A program made the translations under genes and the position numbers. DNA of 40,582 bases from a virus (lineage: Duplodnaviria; Caudoviricetes): IMG/VR virus record IMGVR_UViG_3300017747_004204, positions 1 through 40,582 of that record; one strand, given 5' to 3'. Position 1 is the first letter of the stretch; the number at the start of each line of letters is the position of its first letter. The notes under the pieces were generated by a model. It was given only the letters and a program-made list of their open reading frames with translations, had not been told where the DNA came from and did not search any database. Shown one piece after another: positions 21,990 through 32,638 of the stretch.

Positions 21990-23954
21990 CTAGTCCAACT
22001 GAGATCCAATTGTCATAAAGGCGTCAAGAACTTTTCGCATGGCTTCTCGCTGTGCCTCCTTCGTTTTTCCAGTAGCTTTGCTCAGCATTTCAGCGCCCTT
22101 ACGAACTAACGCGGTCTTACCACCCGTGGCTACATCGATGGCGGGGGAGAGAGCATCGCTGACGCCTCCTCCAACCTGACCCCTTAGGGACTGGCTCTGC
22201 GTTGTGCCAAACAAGTCTTCAAGAGCAGCGTTCCACCGAAGGAGTGTGCGCGGATCGACTTTCTGTTGGACTCCAAAATGTCTCAAGACCTCATCAGTCT
22301 TGTCGAACATGTCAACATAATCAGCGCTGGCATTTCCAAGGATGCGGCGACCAATTTCAGCAGCTTTGAGATTACTTGCAGGACGCTCACCTTCCACGAA
22401 CTTCATCCCGACTTTCTTGTACCAGTCAGAAAGGGCGCTACGAGTCATGGCGTATTCCTGAGCGGCCTTTGCATATTCTGGTGAAAGCTTAACAAGAGGC
22501 GTATCGAGTTCTTCACGGACTTTACCGAGCAGGCCTTCAATTGGTCCGACAATGTCTTTCTTGTCTTTTGCCAGATCAAGAAGGTCAAACAGGCGGCGGC
22601 GCACGTTGACAATTTCCTCAGGAGTACGAACTCCATCAGCAAGATCATCCCAGAGAGACACAACAATCTTCTGTGCCTCTGAATTATCTTTAAAACGAGA
22701 CTTGCTGAAGTCGAAACCACCCACAATATTCTTTGCTTTCACCTTGTTGTCGCCCATGACCGAATCAAACAAGGCAGTCGCTGCCTCATCTCCAGAGACT
22801 TGTTTGACCCCCTGCTTTTCAAGACCGGAAATAAGCGTATCTCTAGCTACTGAGACATCAATCGGCTGATCCGGCATCGCTTGGATAGCCTCGTCGAGCT
22901 GTGATCCTGCGGCTTCACGGAGCTCATCAATCTTGCTTAGACGATCAACGATGGATTTTCCAGCCAGTTGAATCGGCCTTTCCGCGGGCGCACGAGACCC
23001 GATGTTTTTCTCAGCCAGCTTAAACATCTTGTCCATTGCTCGTCGTTCATCGACGTTCGCCTCGCGGACAAGCCCTGCATCCCCTGGGTTTAAGTCAGTT
23101 TTTTCTGCGAGCTGCAAAGCTTTTAGTTCTGGCTCCTGAAGTGGAACCATCTTGCCTTGCGCACCAGTCTTAACCACGCCTTGTCCATAGAGAAGCTCGT
23201 CTGCCTGGGTCTTCTCAAGGGTTGAACGGGCTTGTGAAAGCCGGTGACGCGTAATCATGTCACCGATACCGCCTTTAGATTTAACAACTCCAGCGGAAAG
23301 ACCGCTAAGAACTGCGCCTGTCGCGCCGCCGAGCAGACCCCCCACCGCGACTTTCCCCGCCGTGTCTGCCACACTTTCGCCTTCACTAGCCCCGACCATG
23401 CCTCCTCCAACTGCACCAGACTTGGCACCAGCAATAGCCCCCTGCTTTGCGGCAGAAAGAACTTTGCCAGCTTTGACAGCGTTAAGAGACGCGGTGGCCG
23501 CTGGGGCTCCATAACCCGCCGATCCACCGATAGCCAGAGCAACATCTCCCGCAAACGCGCCGCCGGGGGATTTCTCTTGCTCTTTTTTGAGGAGGTCCAT
23601 TCCAAGTTCGCCGCCGTGGACAAGCACATCAGTGAGTACTCCAGAGCCTTTCTCCGGGATCGAAGCGCCGAATTTCTTTGCCAACCACTGCGCACTTTTC
23701 TGGCCAATGTTAAGGGCACCGACAGCAGCTTTTGCGGGCGCGAGGCCAGCAGCTCCTAAAAAGTCGCCGGTCTTAGCAAGGAAGCTTTTTGGATCCTTTA
23801 CACCGAGAGTCCGTGAGACAGCCTCGCGATCGGCGCTTTTGGTGACGGCGGGTTCAGACTCCATTTCATCGATAAGACGCCGCCGCGGCATGACAGCCTC
23901 GTCTTTGTTTTCGTCCTCCTGTACCCCCATCATTTCGTCGTAGAGTCTGCCCAT
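21990..23954 (-). CDS. DNA ejection / internal virion protein
   Basis: Gly/Ala-rich hydrophobic region plus long helical region; synteny after tail genes in a podovirus layout. Confidence 0.65.
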   Translation of the reverse strand: MGRLYDEMMGVQEDENKDEAVMPRRRLIDEMESEPAVTKSADREAVSRTLGVKDPKSFLAKTGDFLGAAGLAPAKAAVGALNIGQKSAQWLAKKFGASIPEKGSGVLTDVLVHGGELGMDLLKKEQEKSPGGAFAGDVALAIGGSAGYGAPAATASLNAVKAGKVLSAAKQGAIAGAKSGAVGGGMVGASEGESVADTAGKVAVGGLLGGATGAVLSGLSAGVVKSKGGIGDMITRHRLSQARSTLEKTQADELLYGQGVVKTGAQGKMVPLQEPELKALQLAEKTDLNPGDAGLVREANVDERRAMDKMFKLAEKNIGSRAPAERPIQLAGKSIVDRLSKIDELREAAGSQLDEAIQAMPDQPIDVSVARDTLISGLEKQGVKQVSGDEAATALFDSVMGDNKVKAKNIVGGFDFSKSRFKDNSEAQKIVVSLWDDLADGVRTPEEIVNVRRRLFDLLDLAKDKKDIVGPIEGLLGKVREELDTPLVKLSPEYAKAAQEYAMTRSALSDWYKKVGMKFVEGERPASNLKAAEIGRRILGNASADYVDMFDKTDEVLRHFGVQQKVDPRTLLRWNAALEDLFGTTQSQSLRGQVGGGVSDALSPAIDVATGGKTALVRKGAEMLSKATGKTKEAQREAMRKVLDAFMTIGSQLD

Positions 23955-23958
23955 AGGT

Positions 23959-26421
23959 TTATGACAAACGGTCGTAAATTGCTTGAACGTTCTTTACATA
24001 TTGTGGCGCAGAAGTTCCGATGACATCTTTTACGTTTCCTGCTTTTGCCAGCGGTTTTCCTGTGAACCAGACTGAGGCAACGTCGCCAACGTTTCCGTAT
24101 TTAGATAGGTGCATTCCCATGTAGTGTTCGGCTACAGCGTCTTGGGCTTTTGGATCGTTCAGGAACTGCTCAGGCGTCATGGATCGGCCAAGGGCTTCTT
24201 TTGTCCACGATGGCACGTTTTTCCCCATGACCTGATACTTTCCGTAAGCGTGATCCCCCTTGTACATGCCTGACGTAACCGTCGGTCCTTGAGCCTTATA
24301 GTTACCGCCGCTCTCGAACTGTCCGATAGCGGCCACTACCCGCTTGATATCTGGAGCGTTGTTCGTGCCGCTCCCCACGCTAACTTTTTTTGATCTGTTG
24401 AGGAAAGAACTAATTTCGTCTGCTGATTTACCTGCCTTGATAAGTTCTTTGATATCCTCCGCCTCGTATCCTTTGGTCTTCGCGAGCTGTTCAAGTTCCG
24501 GCCTCATGGTCTCTGCTTTACGCATGGTCTCCATTTTCCCATAGACATCCGCACCAAGAACTGTTTGCAGTTGTGACTTCAAACCCGTGCTAAAAGCGTC
24601 GCGCAGAGATTTAATCTTTGCAGCATTGAAGCTCTCAGAGCCAAAGGTTGAAGGGAAGGCTGCTTTGTAAAGCCTTTCTTCGCTCTCAGTAAAGGCTGCG
24701 CCCGACTGCGCCTTTCGATAGTTGGACATTGCAAGAGTGACTCGATCACCAATTTCCTGCAATTTCGGGTTGGCTGATTTCTTCAGCTTATTTTGAATGT
24801 CTTTAAGTGATCCAGAAAGAATGCCCGTGTCGCCGCCTTCTGCTTTGAATTCACTGAGCAGTGTTTCAATATCATCAAGATCGTTCAGACCTTGAACATA
24901 ACCAAAAGCCTTTTCTTGTTGGGTGGCAGGAAGTCCAGCATAGGCATTCGTGAAGACATCCATCGTGGCCCCTAGAATATCTCCAGCCTCGATTTTTTGG
25001 TTAACAGAGCGCATAAGAGCGCCCTGCTGAGCTTCACTGTTGCGAGAAGCAAGCCTCTGGGCTCCTTCCACAAGAGACTTTGCCCCGGCGCCTAGCTCCT
25101 TCTGCTCAGGCACATACCCATTTGCGTAGTAGTCACGAGCCAGTTGATCGGCCTCGTAAGGACTGGTGGCCAAACCGCTTTGCAGCAACCCTTGGGCAAA
25201 AGACCTGATGGTTGTATCTGAAATTTTCCCTCCGCTCTGTTCTGCGGCAGCCTTTGCCTTTTCATACGCAAGCGACGCCTGGTACATCGGATCCTTAAGA
25301 AGTTTCTGGTTTGCGGATTCAAGAGTATCAGTAATATCAATCATCGCACTAGGAAACTGGACGCTGATATCGTGCATGAGATCGCGCTCCTCTTGTTCAA
25401 GCTCAAGAATCGGCTTGAGCTTCGCTTGTTCAACTTCAAACTGGAATTTCGCTTCTTCGCGTTTTTCCTGCATCCTCGCCATCAGCGAATCCTCCGTGTC
25501 CTTCTGGATTTGGTGGAGGTCTAGGATGGCTTGGCGCTTTCGGTTGTTGTTTGCTTCGAGAGCATCCATCGACTTCGAGAGGCGCTCCATGTCCTTGTCG
25601 CTCTTGGCCATCTGCGCCTGAAGAATGAGGTTCTTTTCCTCGGCGTCAAGAGCGGCGAGCCGCTGCGCACCGTCGAGCTCAGCTGAGGAGATCATGCCTG
25701 CCTCCATTTCTGGGGCGTAGATATTTCGGCCTGCGCGAATACCGGCCTGCGTCGTTTGCCCGACGAGACCAGCATTGATCCGCTCCATCTGTGCCTTGCG
25801 CTGCGCGTAGGAGTCCTTGATGTTCTGGATCAAGTCGGCATTGTACTGATCCGCTGTCGCCTGGGCTTGATCGAGCTTCGATTTGATGCTGTCGTATTCG
25901 TTCTGGTAGCTCGTGGAGAGGTCGAGGAGCTGCTGCTCTTCAGGTGTACGCACCTTGCCTTCCTGTCCACCCTGAGTAGGTGCCTCATACGCGCCATAGC
26001 CAAGCGGGGCACCGTTGGCGTCAAAACGCATGTACTGGCTGCCAACAGCGCCAGCGTTCTGATAGGAGCCATCCGCATACGTCACGCGCCCGTTTTGGCT
26101 GCTCTGAGCCTGCACAGCGGCAGCGTTGCGGTTATTCTGCAACGCGTCCAATGCTTGCGAGTCCTGGTTGAACTTGGCGCGTGCGGGGTCACTCGTCACG
26201 GTAACGGGAGGGGGCAATGGGGCAGCCTTAGTCGGAGCAACCGCCGCGTTCCTTGCCCGGGCGCTCATAATGTTACCGATGATCGCGTCGGGATTGAGAC
26301 CCGGCGAGGCAGCTTCTGCCTTCATGTAGTCAGCCTGAGAAATACCATTACTCATGGCAAGGTCTGCGCCAGTCTGACCGTTACTCATAGCCGGAAGCGT
26401 TGTTGCGGGGGTGGTGGGCAT
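23959..26421 (-). CDS. DNA ejection protein with C-terminal lysozyme-like / lytic transglycosylase domain
   Basis: Coiled-coil body; AIGQFESGGNY...AYGKYQVM...TPEQFLNDPKAQD. Confidence 0.78.
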   Translation of the reverse strand: MPTTPATTLPAMSNGQTGADLAMSNGISQADYMKAEAASPGLNPDAIIGNIMSARARNAAVAPTKAAPLPPPVTVTSDPARAKFNQDSQALDALQNNRNAAAVQAQSSQNGRVTYADGSYQNAGAVGSQYMRFDANGAPLGYGAYEAPTQGGQEGKVRTPEEQQLLDLSTSYQNEYDSIKSKLDQAQATADQYNADLIQNIKDSYAQRKAQMERINAGLVGQTTQAGIRAGRNIYAPEMEAGMISSAELDGAQRLAALDAEEKNLILQAQMAKSDKDMERLSKSMDALEANNNRKRQAILDLHQIQKDTEDSLMARMQEKREEAKFQFEVEQAKLKPILELEQEERDLMHDISVQFPSAMIDITDTLESANQKLLKDPMYQASLAYEKAKAAAEQSGGKISDTTIRSFAQGLLQSGLATSPYEADQLARDYYANGYVPEQKELGAGAKSLVEGAQRLASRNSEAQQGALMRSVNQKIEAGDILGATMDVFTNAYAGLPATQQEKAFGYVQGLNDLDDIETLLSEFKAEGGDTGILSGSLKDIQNKLKKSANPKLQEIGDRVTLAMSNYRKAQSGAAFTESEERLYKAAFPSTFGSESFNAAKIKSLRDAFSTGLKSQLQTVLGADVYGKMETMRKAETMRPELEQLAKTKGYEAEDIKELIKAGKSADEISSFLNRSKKVSVGSGTNNAPDIKRVVAAIGQFESGGNYKAQGPTVTSGMYKGDHAYGKYQVMGKNVPSWTKEALGRSMTPEQFLNDPKAQDAVAEHYMGMHLSKYGNVGDVASVWFTGKPLAKAGNVKDVIGTSAPQYVKNVQAIYDRLS

Positions 26422-26429
26422 AATAGAAC

Positions 26430-28373
26430 TTAGACGCCTTGCTCAATGAGCATCTCTAGGTTTGCTCCACCTATCGTAGGTGCCCCAGCAAGTGTCCATG
26501 TGATTGTTACGTTCGTGCCATCGACCGAGACAACGCCTTTCTGCGAACCTCCGCCATCAACATAGGCGATCGTATTTGTCGTATCGCTATTCCCAGCAAT
26601 AGTTCCAGCTATGTAGGAGACCGAGCTATTCCCTTGGGTAGCTGCGACGCGGTCGTACGCACCGTTTCCAACCCCGAAAGAGTTTACCGCAGTGGCCGTG
26701 AAGCTAATCCGTACCCAGTTTGGAATTGCTGCCAGACCGTGGGCATACGTCACGGCTCCGCTCGCTGCGTTAGCAACGCGCTGGGCTAAAATCTTTGTGC
26801 GTTTGTGCGCATGTTGCGTGACAATCGGGGTCGTGATACCTGTAAGTAGGTTTACAGGCGTCTCAACAATTTGCCATTCTGGCGTCGGGAGAGTGTTATA
26901 AACCACCGTTACGATCTGATCGGCTACTAGGTCGCCCGTTTCCAGAGCGGTAGAGAGACCCTTTACAATAGGAAGTGCCCCAAGACCGTTTACGTTAAGA
27001 GTCGCAGCGCCCGTGTTGGCAACAGTTATCCTAAAACGTACGGTCATTCCACGGGTAAGTTCGGGAGGAGCTGGGACCAGGGTAATCGCATATGCGTCTG
27101 TGCCTGATGTGTCAAGTGCAAATGTCTGTATGCCCTCCTGGGTGGCGTTGTAGATATCCGACTTATCGAACATTTTAATCCTGGTTGCCGAAACAGCCTG
27201 CCCTACTGGTCCTCTCGTGGTATCCGAGGAACCACCCGAAAAAGCCCTAATCGCGCCCGGGGTTGTGGTACTAGAATAGTACAGTGTACCAGCCGTCAGA
27301 CCTGTTTGGGTCTGATCAACACCACTAATACGAACCAAAACAGGCAACGCCGCAGAGCCGGCAGCAGACTGAACAACGCCTATCTGCACCGCCCTAGAGC
27401 TCGCATCAGAGGACGTATCAACTTTCCACCATCGTGCATCAGACGCCTTGAAGTAGACCCACTGACCAACTGTCAGTGCCTCTCCTGACGTGCCTGTCAC
27501 GATGTTGTCGATTGCGTCATCCGGCGAGATGATGATAGAGGTCGCAGAGTTTGCCCAACCGACGAATTGCGATATAGCGCCTGGGGTTGTCGTGATGCCG
27601 CCTGCCGTACCGGAGACATAGTACTTCGCGCCGAGCGTAAGCCCCGTCTGGTTCTCATCAACGCCCTCAATAAGAACGCCGCCAGTGATACCAACGCCAG
27701 CCGTACCAGCGCCCTGAGCAAAACCAATCTTGACCTGTGAAGCAGTCGCGAAAGTATCAGCGTCTACTTTCCACCAGCGCTGATCTGATTCCTTAAAATA
27801 CAGCAGGTTGCCAGCAGCGACAGTTTCACCAGCGACTGCCGTGATCGTTAGCTTAGGAACCGTGACGCCACCCAAAACAGCACGGGTAAGTTCTCCGTGC
27901 GTGATGAGCTGGTCGTCATCAGTTGCATCAGCATCTACAGAGAGTTGCGGGCGGCTTCCCGTTGCGAAGGTCTTGAGACCAGTTACTGCCTCGTCGTTGC
28001 GCAGGATAGAAAATTCTGTATAGAAAGGCGCGCTGTTCGACAAGCGAAGAATCGTCGATCCGGAGTGTGGCTGACGAAGCGCGGTATCCGCCGTATACGG
28101 CCACTTAAATCCGAGTCCGCGGGTCACGCCCGTCAGAGTATAGGAGTTGTTGCCGTTATCCGTAATACCCGTAAACGAGATGTTCTCCTCGCGCGTTGTC
28201 TCCGGTTCCAGAGTCCCATATCCGATCGCAGCCGTTCCGAGCATGGCCGTCGTGATCGCAGTCCCATTGGGGAGGGTAAGGCCGATGACATCAATCGATG
28301 TATCCGTAGAGTTGACACCCGAACCTCCGAGGGTGACGTCGATGCTTTGAATCTGCTGGAAGGCGAGTGCCAT
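26430..28373 (-). CDS. Tail fibre / tail appendage protein
   Basis: Thr/Gly-rich beta protein, two tandem internal repeats, ANTGAATLNVNGLGA and HGL..IP fibre motifs. Confidence 0.75.
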   Translation of the reverse strand: MALAFQQIQSIDVTLGGSGVNSTDTSIDVIGLTLPNGTAITTAMLGTAAIGYGTLEPETTREENISFTGITDNGNNSYTLTGVTRGLGFKWPYTADTALRQPHSGSTILRLSNSAPFYTEFSILRNDEAVTGLKTFATGSRPQLSVDADATDDDQLITHGELTRAVLGGVTVPKLTITAVAGETVAAGNLLYFKESDQRWWKVDADTFATASQVKIGFAQGAGTAGVGITGGVLIEGVDENQTGLTLGAKYYVSGTAGGITTTPGAISQFVGWANSATSIIISPDDAIDNIVTGTSGEALTVGQWVYFKASDARWWKVDTSSDASSRAVQIGVVQSAAGSAALPVLVRISGVDQTQTGLTAGTLYYSSTTTPGAIRAFSGGSSDTTRGPVGQAVSATRIKMFDKSDIYNATQEGIQTFALDTSGTDAYAITLVPAPPELTRGMTVRFRITVANTGAATLNVNGLGALPIVKGLSTALETGDLVADQIVTVVYNTLPTPEWQIVETPVNLLTGITTPIVTQHAHKRTKILAQRVANAASGAVTYAHGLAAIPNWVRISFTATAVNSFGVGNGAYDRVAATQGNSSVSYIAGTIAGNSDTTNTIAYVDGGGSQKGVVSVDGTNVTITWTLAGAPTIGGANLEMLIEQGV

Positions 28374-28374
28374 A

Positions 28375-30192
28375 TTACTTAGTGATTTCGCTGTTTTTAG
28401 CGGTCGATCCTGTCATGTCCGAGCCGAATGCTAGGATTTCCCAGCGCTGGTCAACGTCGTTTGAAGAGTATTCTGGCTGCATTTCCCAGAAGTCCTCGCC
28501 TGTCAGTCCGTTGACCTGTCGGAACTTAGGTGGCAGGGATTCGTCATCTGTCGCCCCACGTCCGGCTAGAGAGCGCTTACCGAGCGATTTTTTGCCTAGG
28601 GAGCCGTCAGATGTGAGGTCAAAGATGATGCTGCTATCACTACCGTCTATTGGCAGGGACGCGATGCCCTGAGCTCCTTTATATTCACGCCGAATCGTCA
28701 GCGTGAGCGTGGTATTCGTGCTGATATAGCCCTCCGAATACCATTCCGTCATGTGTTTTTTGTTGGCACGCTTCCCACCGTTCATGTAGGAGAAACGGGC
28801 GACCGCAGCAATCGGGTTTCCATTATCATTATACCCCGAAAACAGCTTGTATGTCTCATTTGTCTGTGAGGAATGTCCGTACAGTTCGCCCCCAATAATG
28901 GCAAAGCGGCTGATTGGCAGGATTTGAGGTGCCTCCCAGCGTCCTACAGACTGGTTAAACATGCGCACAAGCCCCTCAGCCGGGACGGCGATGTACATGA
29001 AATTACGGTAATACTTCGATGAGCCACCGGTAAAATCGTACGAATTGAAGTCTTTTTCGATGAGATCCGAGATGTTTTCCGTCTGGGGGGTCTGCACCAG
29101 CTCAACACGTCCCAGGGTGTCCAGGGTGGGCTCGAAAGAGACGAAAAACACGTTGTTTTTGACCTTCGATATGAGCGCCTGTGACTGTGCCCCCTGCTGG
29201 ACGGTCGTTTTGAGACGCTGGATATTCACAGCTTCCTTGGTGTTGTCGGAGGACAGCTGATAGCCGATCTTGAACCAGAAATCTTGCCCTGAGCTGATGT
29301 ACATGAACTCCTCCTGAGCTACAAAACCGACCGGGGGGGCGTCGAGGGTCAGAAGGGCACCCTCCCCTGGGAGGCGGGGTGTTGAAAAAGAGTAGTCAGT
29401 GAAGCTGTTTTGCTTAGACACGTACACCTGGTTGTTCGTCAGGCTGCCGACATACACCTGGTTGTTCAAAACCTCGATCACGGCGTTGGCCAAGGCAGCA
29501 GGGATGCTCGTCATGGCGCTATTGGCCGTCGTGCGGAGTGTCTGGTGGGCGATATCGCCTGCCACAACGCCGCCTGCGAGCGGGTCAGGGGTCACGCCAG
29601 TCAGGGTTGTTGTCCCGTCGCCCCCTGTATAGGCATAGGAAACGCCGTTAATAGTCACCGCGCGCGTTCCCGTGGTGTAAAAGCCTAGCTGAGCCCAAGT
29701 TGACGTGCCTGCAACGGTAATTGTGTTAGCAGTAACCGATGCAACTGTCGTGACACCGCCCGACCAGTCAAAAATATTGGAGGTGCCATTAACCATTAGC
29801 AGGCGCTCGATCAGTTCCGAGTTGTCCCAGTAGACGGCGAAATTAAAGGCGTCAGAGGTGAAGCTATTCGCCAAGCGTCGCCATGACACAGTGCCGTCTG
29901 CGGCAACATAGCGATATTCAAGCTCGTCATCGTAGGCTCGCAGGTTGCGTTCGTCGCCAAGATGCCTGATCCAGTCAAAAGATGAGCCAATCGCATCGGC
30001 AACGACGCCTGTACCTTCCTGGCCATCGAGGGTGTAGCCCTTACGGATCGAGACGCGCTCGCCCTCGTTAATCAGAACATTTTGCGAACCTTCAACAAGA
30101 ATTCCTGGAGGAATGTTCGTTTGATCAGGTTTGTTCCAGTACCCCTTCTTGAAATCCGACTCAATGCTATAGGTAATCGACATAATTAGCAC
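28375..30192 (-). CDS. Tail nozzle / DNA stabilisation protein (P22 gp10-like)
   Basis: ~600-aa beta-rich protein downstream of the adaptor; synteny. Confidence 0.65.
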   Translation of the reverse strand: MLIMSITYSIESDFKKGYWNKPDQTNIPPGILVEGSQNVLINEGERVSIRKGYTLDGQEGTGVVADAIGSSFDWIRHLGDERNLRAYDDELEYRYVAADGTVSWRRLANSFTSDAFNFAVYWDNSELIERLLMVNGTSNIFDWSGGVTTVASVTANTITVAGTSTWAQLGFYTTGTRAVTINGVSYAYTGGDGTTTLTGVTPDPLAGGVVAGDIAHQTLRTTANSAMTSIPAALANAVIEVLNNQVYVGSLTNNQVYVSKQNSFTDYSFSTPRLPGEGALLTLDAPPVGFVAQEEFMYISSGQDFWFKIGYQLSSDNTKEAVNIQRLKTTVQQGAQSQALISKVKNNVFFVSFEPTLDTLGRVELVQTPQTENISDLIEKDFNSYDFTGGSSKYYRNFMYIAVPAEGLVRMFNQSVGRWEAPQILPISRFAIIGGELYGHSSQTNETYKLFSGYNDNGNPIAAVARFSYMNGGKRANKKHMTEWYSEGYISTNTTLTLTIRREYKGAQGIASLPIDGSDSSIIFDLTSDGSLGKKSLGKRSLAGRGATDDESLPPKFRQVNGLTGEDFWEMQPEYSSNDVDQRWEILAFGSDMTGSTAKNSEITK

Positions 30193-31394
30193 CAGCGTTT
30201 GCCGTATCCAATATTCTTCCCCCGGGCGAGAGGAAGGCGGTAGTAAGCCTGCGTCGGCTTCTGCACTTCACTCTTAAATTTGGCCTGATATTTTTTGAGA
30301 GAGCGTTCCCACTGATCCTCGGAGAACTTAAGATCAAATCCAGAATCCTGCCCCTGGATCTGCTGCGCCGCGAGTTGGGCACACTTGTAGACGTAAAGGT
30401 TGTAGGAATCGGTGTCGAGGTTGACGAGGTTCGTGTCGCTCGTGACAGTTTCCTGAAAAAGCCCCGTCGTTGCGTCACGGAAGAGGTATTTTGAGTAGTA
30501 TTCGATCTGATATTCCAAACCGCGCTGAGCGACGATGTAGTCCAGGCGGACGTTACTCGCTGGGTCGCCATCATAGACGAATGACACACGCAGATATGTG
30601 ATCGAGGAGGCGTCGGGCGATCCGACGGATGTAGCGCCATTCCAATCGTAGCGAAGCAGGTTCCAGGCATTCTCAAAGCTTCCGGAGACGCTGTTACCTG
30701 TGACGGTGCGAGTCCAGTAGTCGCTGGACGAGGAGCCCCAGCGCAGGGATACGGACGTGAACTGCGTGGCATCATCGAACGAAACCCAGGAGAACAGAGC
30801 CCCGAGATCTTCATCGTTGGTGAGATCGACCTCATCCATGTCGCTGACCTCGAGGTAACCCGTCGTACCGGCGCCAGAGAGATTGAAGCGGAGAGAGGCC
30901 GAACCCTGCACAAAGTTGACGGTGTCGGCGATCAGATCGGTCACGTCGCCACCAGCTACCCATGTTCCGTTTTCAGTCAGGCTCTCACATTCCTGGAGCG
31001 CCTGCCCTGCCCGCATGTTCTTGGCGATACGGAGAGACTTGACCCCGCTGTTCCATTGGGTCGTCGCTAAGCCGCCGTTCCAGATCCAATCCTTACTGAC
31101 ATCAAACGTCTGATCATACGTCTGCGCGAATTGATCGGACGGAAAACGTCTCGCCATCGGACGGATGTCGATAATCCGATTGCCCTTTAGGTCAGAGGGG
31201 GCAGCGTAGTCGTATGTCTTGTCAAACAAGACGGGGAGCTGCGCGATCCTCTTTGTCTCCATCGGATCGACCTCGGCCAGAAGATCGCGACCCGCACGGT
31301 TGAGCAGGTTCGTCAAGTTTGTCACTTTGGAAAGCGACGTGCCTTGCAGCATTCCGGCCAGGTCGTCTTTGACGTTTGCAATGCTGAAGCTCAT
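30186..31394 (-). CDS. Head-tail adaptor protein with an inserted beta-rich domain
   Basis: Helical N- and C-termini with YDYAAPSD and IEYYSK motifs flanking a Trp-rich beta insert; synteny. Confidence 0.6.
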   Translation of the reverse strand: MSFSIANVKDDLAGMLQGTSLSKVTNLTNLLNRAGRDLLAEVDPMETKRIAQLPVLFDKTYDYAAPSDLKGNRIIDIRPMARRFPSDQFAQTYDQTFDVSKDWIWNGGLATTQWNSGVKSLRIAKNMRAGQALQECESLTENGTWVAGGDVTDLIADTVNFVQGSASLRFNLSGAGTTGYLEVSDMDEVDLTNDEDLGALFSWVSFDDATQFTSVSLRWGSSSSDYWTRTVTGNSVSGSFENAWNLLRYDWNGATSVGSPDASSITYLRVSFVYDGDPASNVRLDYIVAQRGLEYQIEYYSKYLFRDATTGLFQETVTSDTNLVNLDTDSYNLYVYKCAQLAAQQIQGQDSGFDLKFSEDQWERSLKKYQAKFKSEVQKPTQAYYRLPLARGKNIGYGKRWC

Positions 31395-31412
31395 ACGTGC
31401 GGGCTTAGGTAA

Positions 31413-31547
31413 TTACTTGCGCTTCTTTTCGACACCTTTAATCGTCCCTTTGTTGCGGCTGGCGTAAAAAACTTTTTTGGCTTTTGCCTTTCCGTACTCT
31501 TTTTTCATGGCACCCATGATCTTCTTACCTTTCTTGTTAAGAGGCAT
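31413..31547 (-). CDS. 44-aa Lys-rich phage protein (not in ORF track)
   Basis: MPLNKKGKKIMGAMKKEYGKAKAKKVFYASRNKGTIKGVEKKRK; TATG start. Confidence 0.75.
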   Translation of the reverse strand: MPLNKKGKKIMGAMKKEYGKAKAKKVFYASRNKGTIKGVEKKRK

Positions 31548-31548
31548 A

Positions 31549-31653
31549 TTAGCGATGCTTGACTTTGACAAGCCTACTCTTCGGACCCGATGCGTTCTTC
31601 TTTCCCATTGCCATGGCCTTACGCGGGGACACGAGCTTAATGTTCTCTTTCAT
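31549..31653 (-). CDS. 34-aa basic protein (not in ORF track)
   Basis: MKENIKLVSPRKAMAMGKK...; fills the gap and stops 1 nt before the next ATG. Confidence 0.55.
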   Translation of the reverse strand: MKENIKLVSPRKAMAMGKKNASGPKSRLVKVKHR

Positions 31654-31667
31654 AGATTCCTATTAGA

Positions 31668-31895
31668 TTACTTAATAATTTCAGAACCTGTTTCAATTAC
31701 TGCCTCCGTTTGGAAATCTCTAATCGGCAGTTCGCGTACAAACCCTGTCGAGGGCGCAATGAACACCTTCACATCGGTCGTGATATCTCGGGAGAAATCT
31801 TTCAGGTGTGTCGTGTTGTCAGTTGCGAGCCAGGGATACCCGGTCTCTTGTTGAAGAGCAGCCAGCTGGGCTGCGACTTTTGCTGTGTCTTCCAT
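31668..31895 (-). CDS. Hypothetical protein
   Basis: Tightly packed ORF, TATG start. Confidence 0.6.
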   Translation of the reverse strand: MEDTAKVAAQLAALQQETGYPWLATDNTTHLKDFSRDITTDVKVFIAPSTGFVRELPIRDFQTEAVIETGSEIIK

Positions 31896-31896
31896 A

Positions 31897-32637
31897 TCAG
31901 GCTACTAGTCTAGGTGCTTTCATAGGGACGTCTGTTGATGACCACACAGGGGTGTTTGTTAGCGTCCAGTGGCCTGAACCCACACTGTCATTAACGGTTG
32001 CGCCCGAACCTTCGGAGAATAGCCACCGAGACACTGCGCCGCTTGAAACTGGGTAATTCTTGCTGCGCAGCAGAACTTCATTGGCAGTCAGTGCACGGTC
32101 ATAGAACCCCATGTTAGCTATACTGCCAGTCGGCCCAACCGAGGTGGGGGCAAAAAGACCAAGCCTGAACGGGCTAGAATACGACGAAGAATGGCCAGAG
32201 GTTAGGGTTTGTGTGCCAACCTCTACGCCATTTTTATAATGTTTAACGGTGACGTTTGAGCCGCTTGTATCAACCGTGGAGGCGAAATGATACCAGGTAC
32301 TTGTCTGTAGTCCGAGATTCGTAACAGTGAACGTCTTTTGAACAGCTGAGGCGTCAGAATAAGACAGAATCATCCCATCCGCAGCAAAACCGAAATAGTA
32401 GTTAGCACCCCCGCCGCTGAACATCGGCTCAGTGCCCGCTGGTTTTATCGTAAACAGCTGCCACCATTCGAGTGTGCGAGAAGGCACCGCATACTGTGAT
32501 GTCCAAGCGTTTGTACCGTATTGATTGCTCGCGTTGACGAAGTTCAGGCTGTTGGCGAAGTTCGCCACCGCAAAACGGAGGGAGGCTACCGAGCGACCCG
32601 TTGCTATGAGGCGGTTAGTCGCTACATTTCGTGCCAT
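31897..32637 (-). CDS. LamG / ConA-like lectin-domain virion protein
   Basis: TWYHFAST...YKNGVEV, FYDRALTANEV, WLFSEGSGATVNDS. Confidence 0.85.
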   Translation of the reverse strand: MARNVATNRLIATGRSVASLRFAVANFANSLNFVNASNQYGTNAWTSQYAVPSRTLEWWQLFTIKPAGTEPMFSGGGANYYFGFAADGMILSYSDASAVQKTFTVTNLGLQTSTWYHFASTVDTSGSNVTVKHYKNGVEVGTQTLTSGHSSSYSSPFRLGLFAPTSVGPTGSIANMGFYDRALTANEVLLRSKNYPVSSGAVSRWLFSEGSGATVNDSVGSGHWTLTNTPVWSSTDVPMKAPRLVA

Positions 32638-32638
32638 A

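Noticed and set aside
30167-30913. 248-aa same-strand alternative-frame ORF inside the adaptor gene
   Set aside because: Ser/Arg/Pro-rich shadow with no motif, unlike the nested MTase ORF
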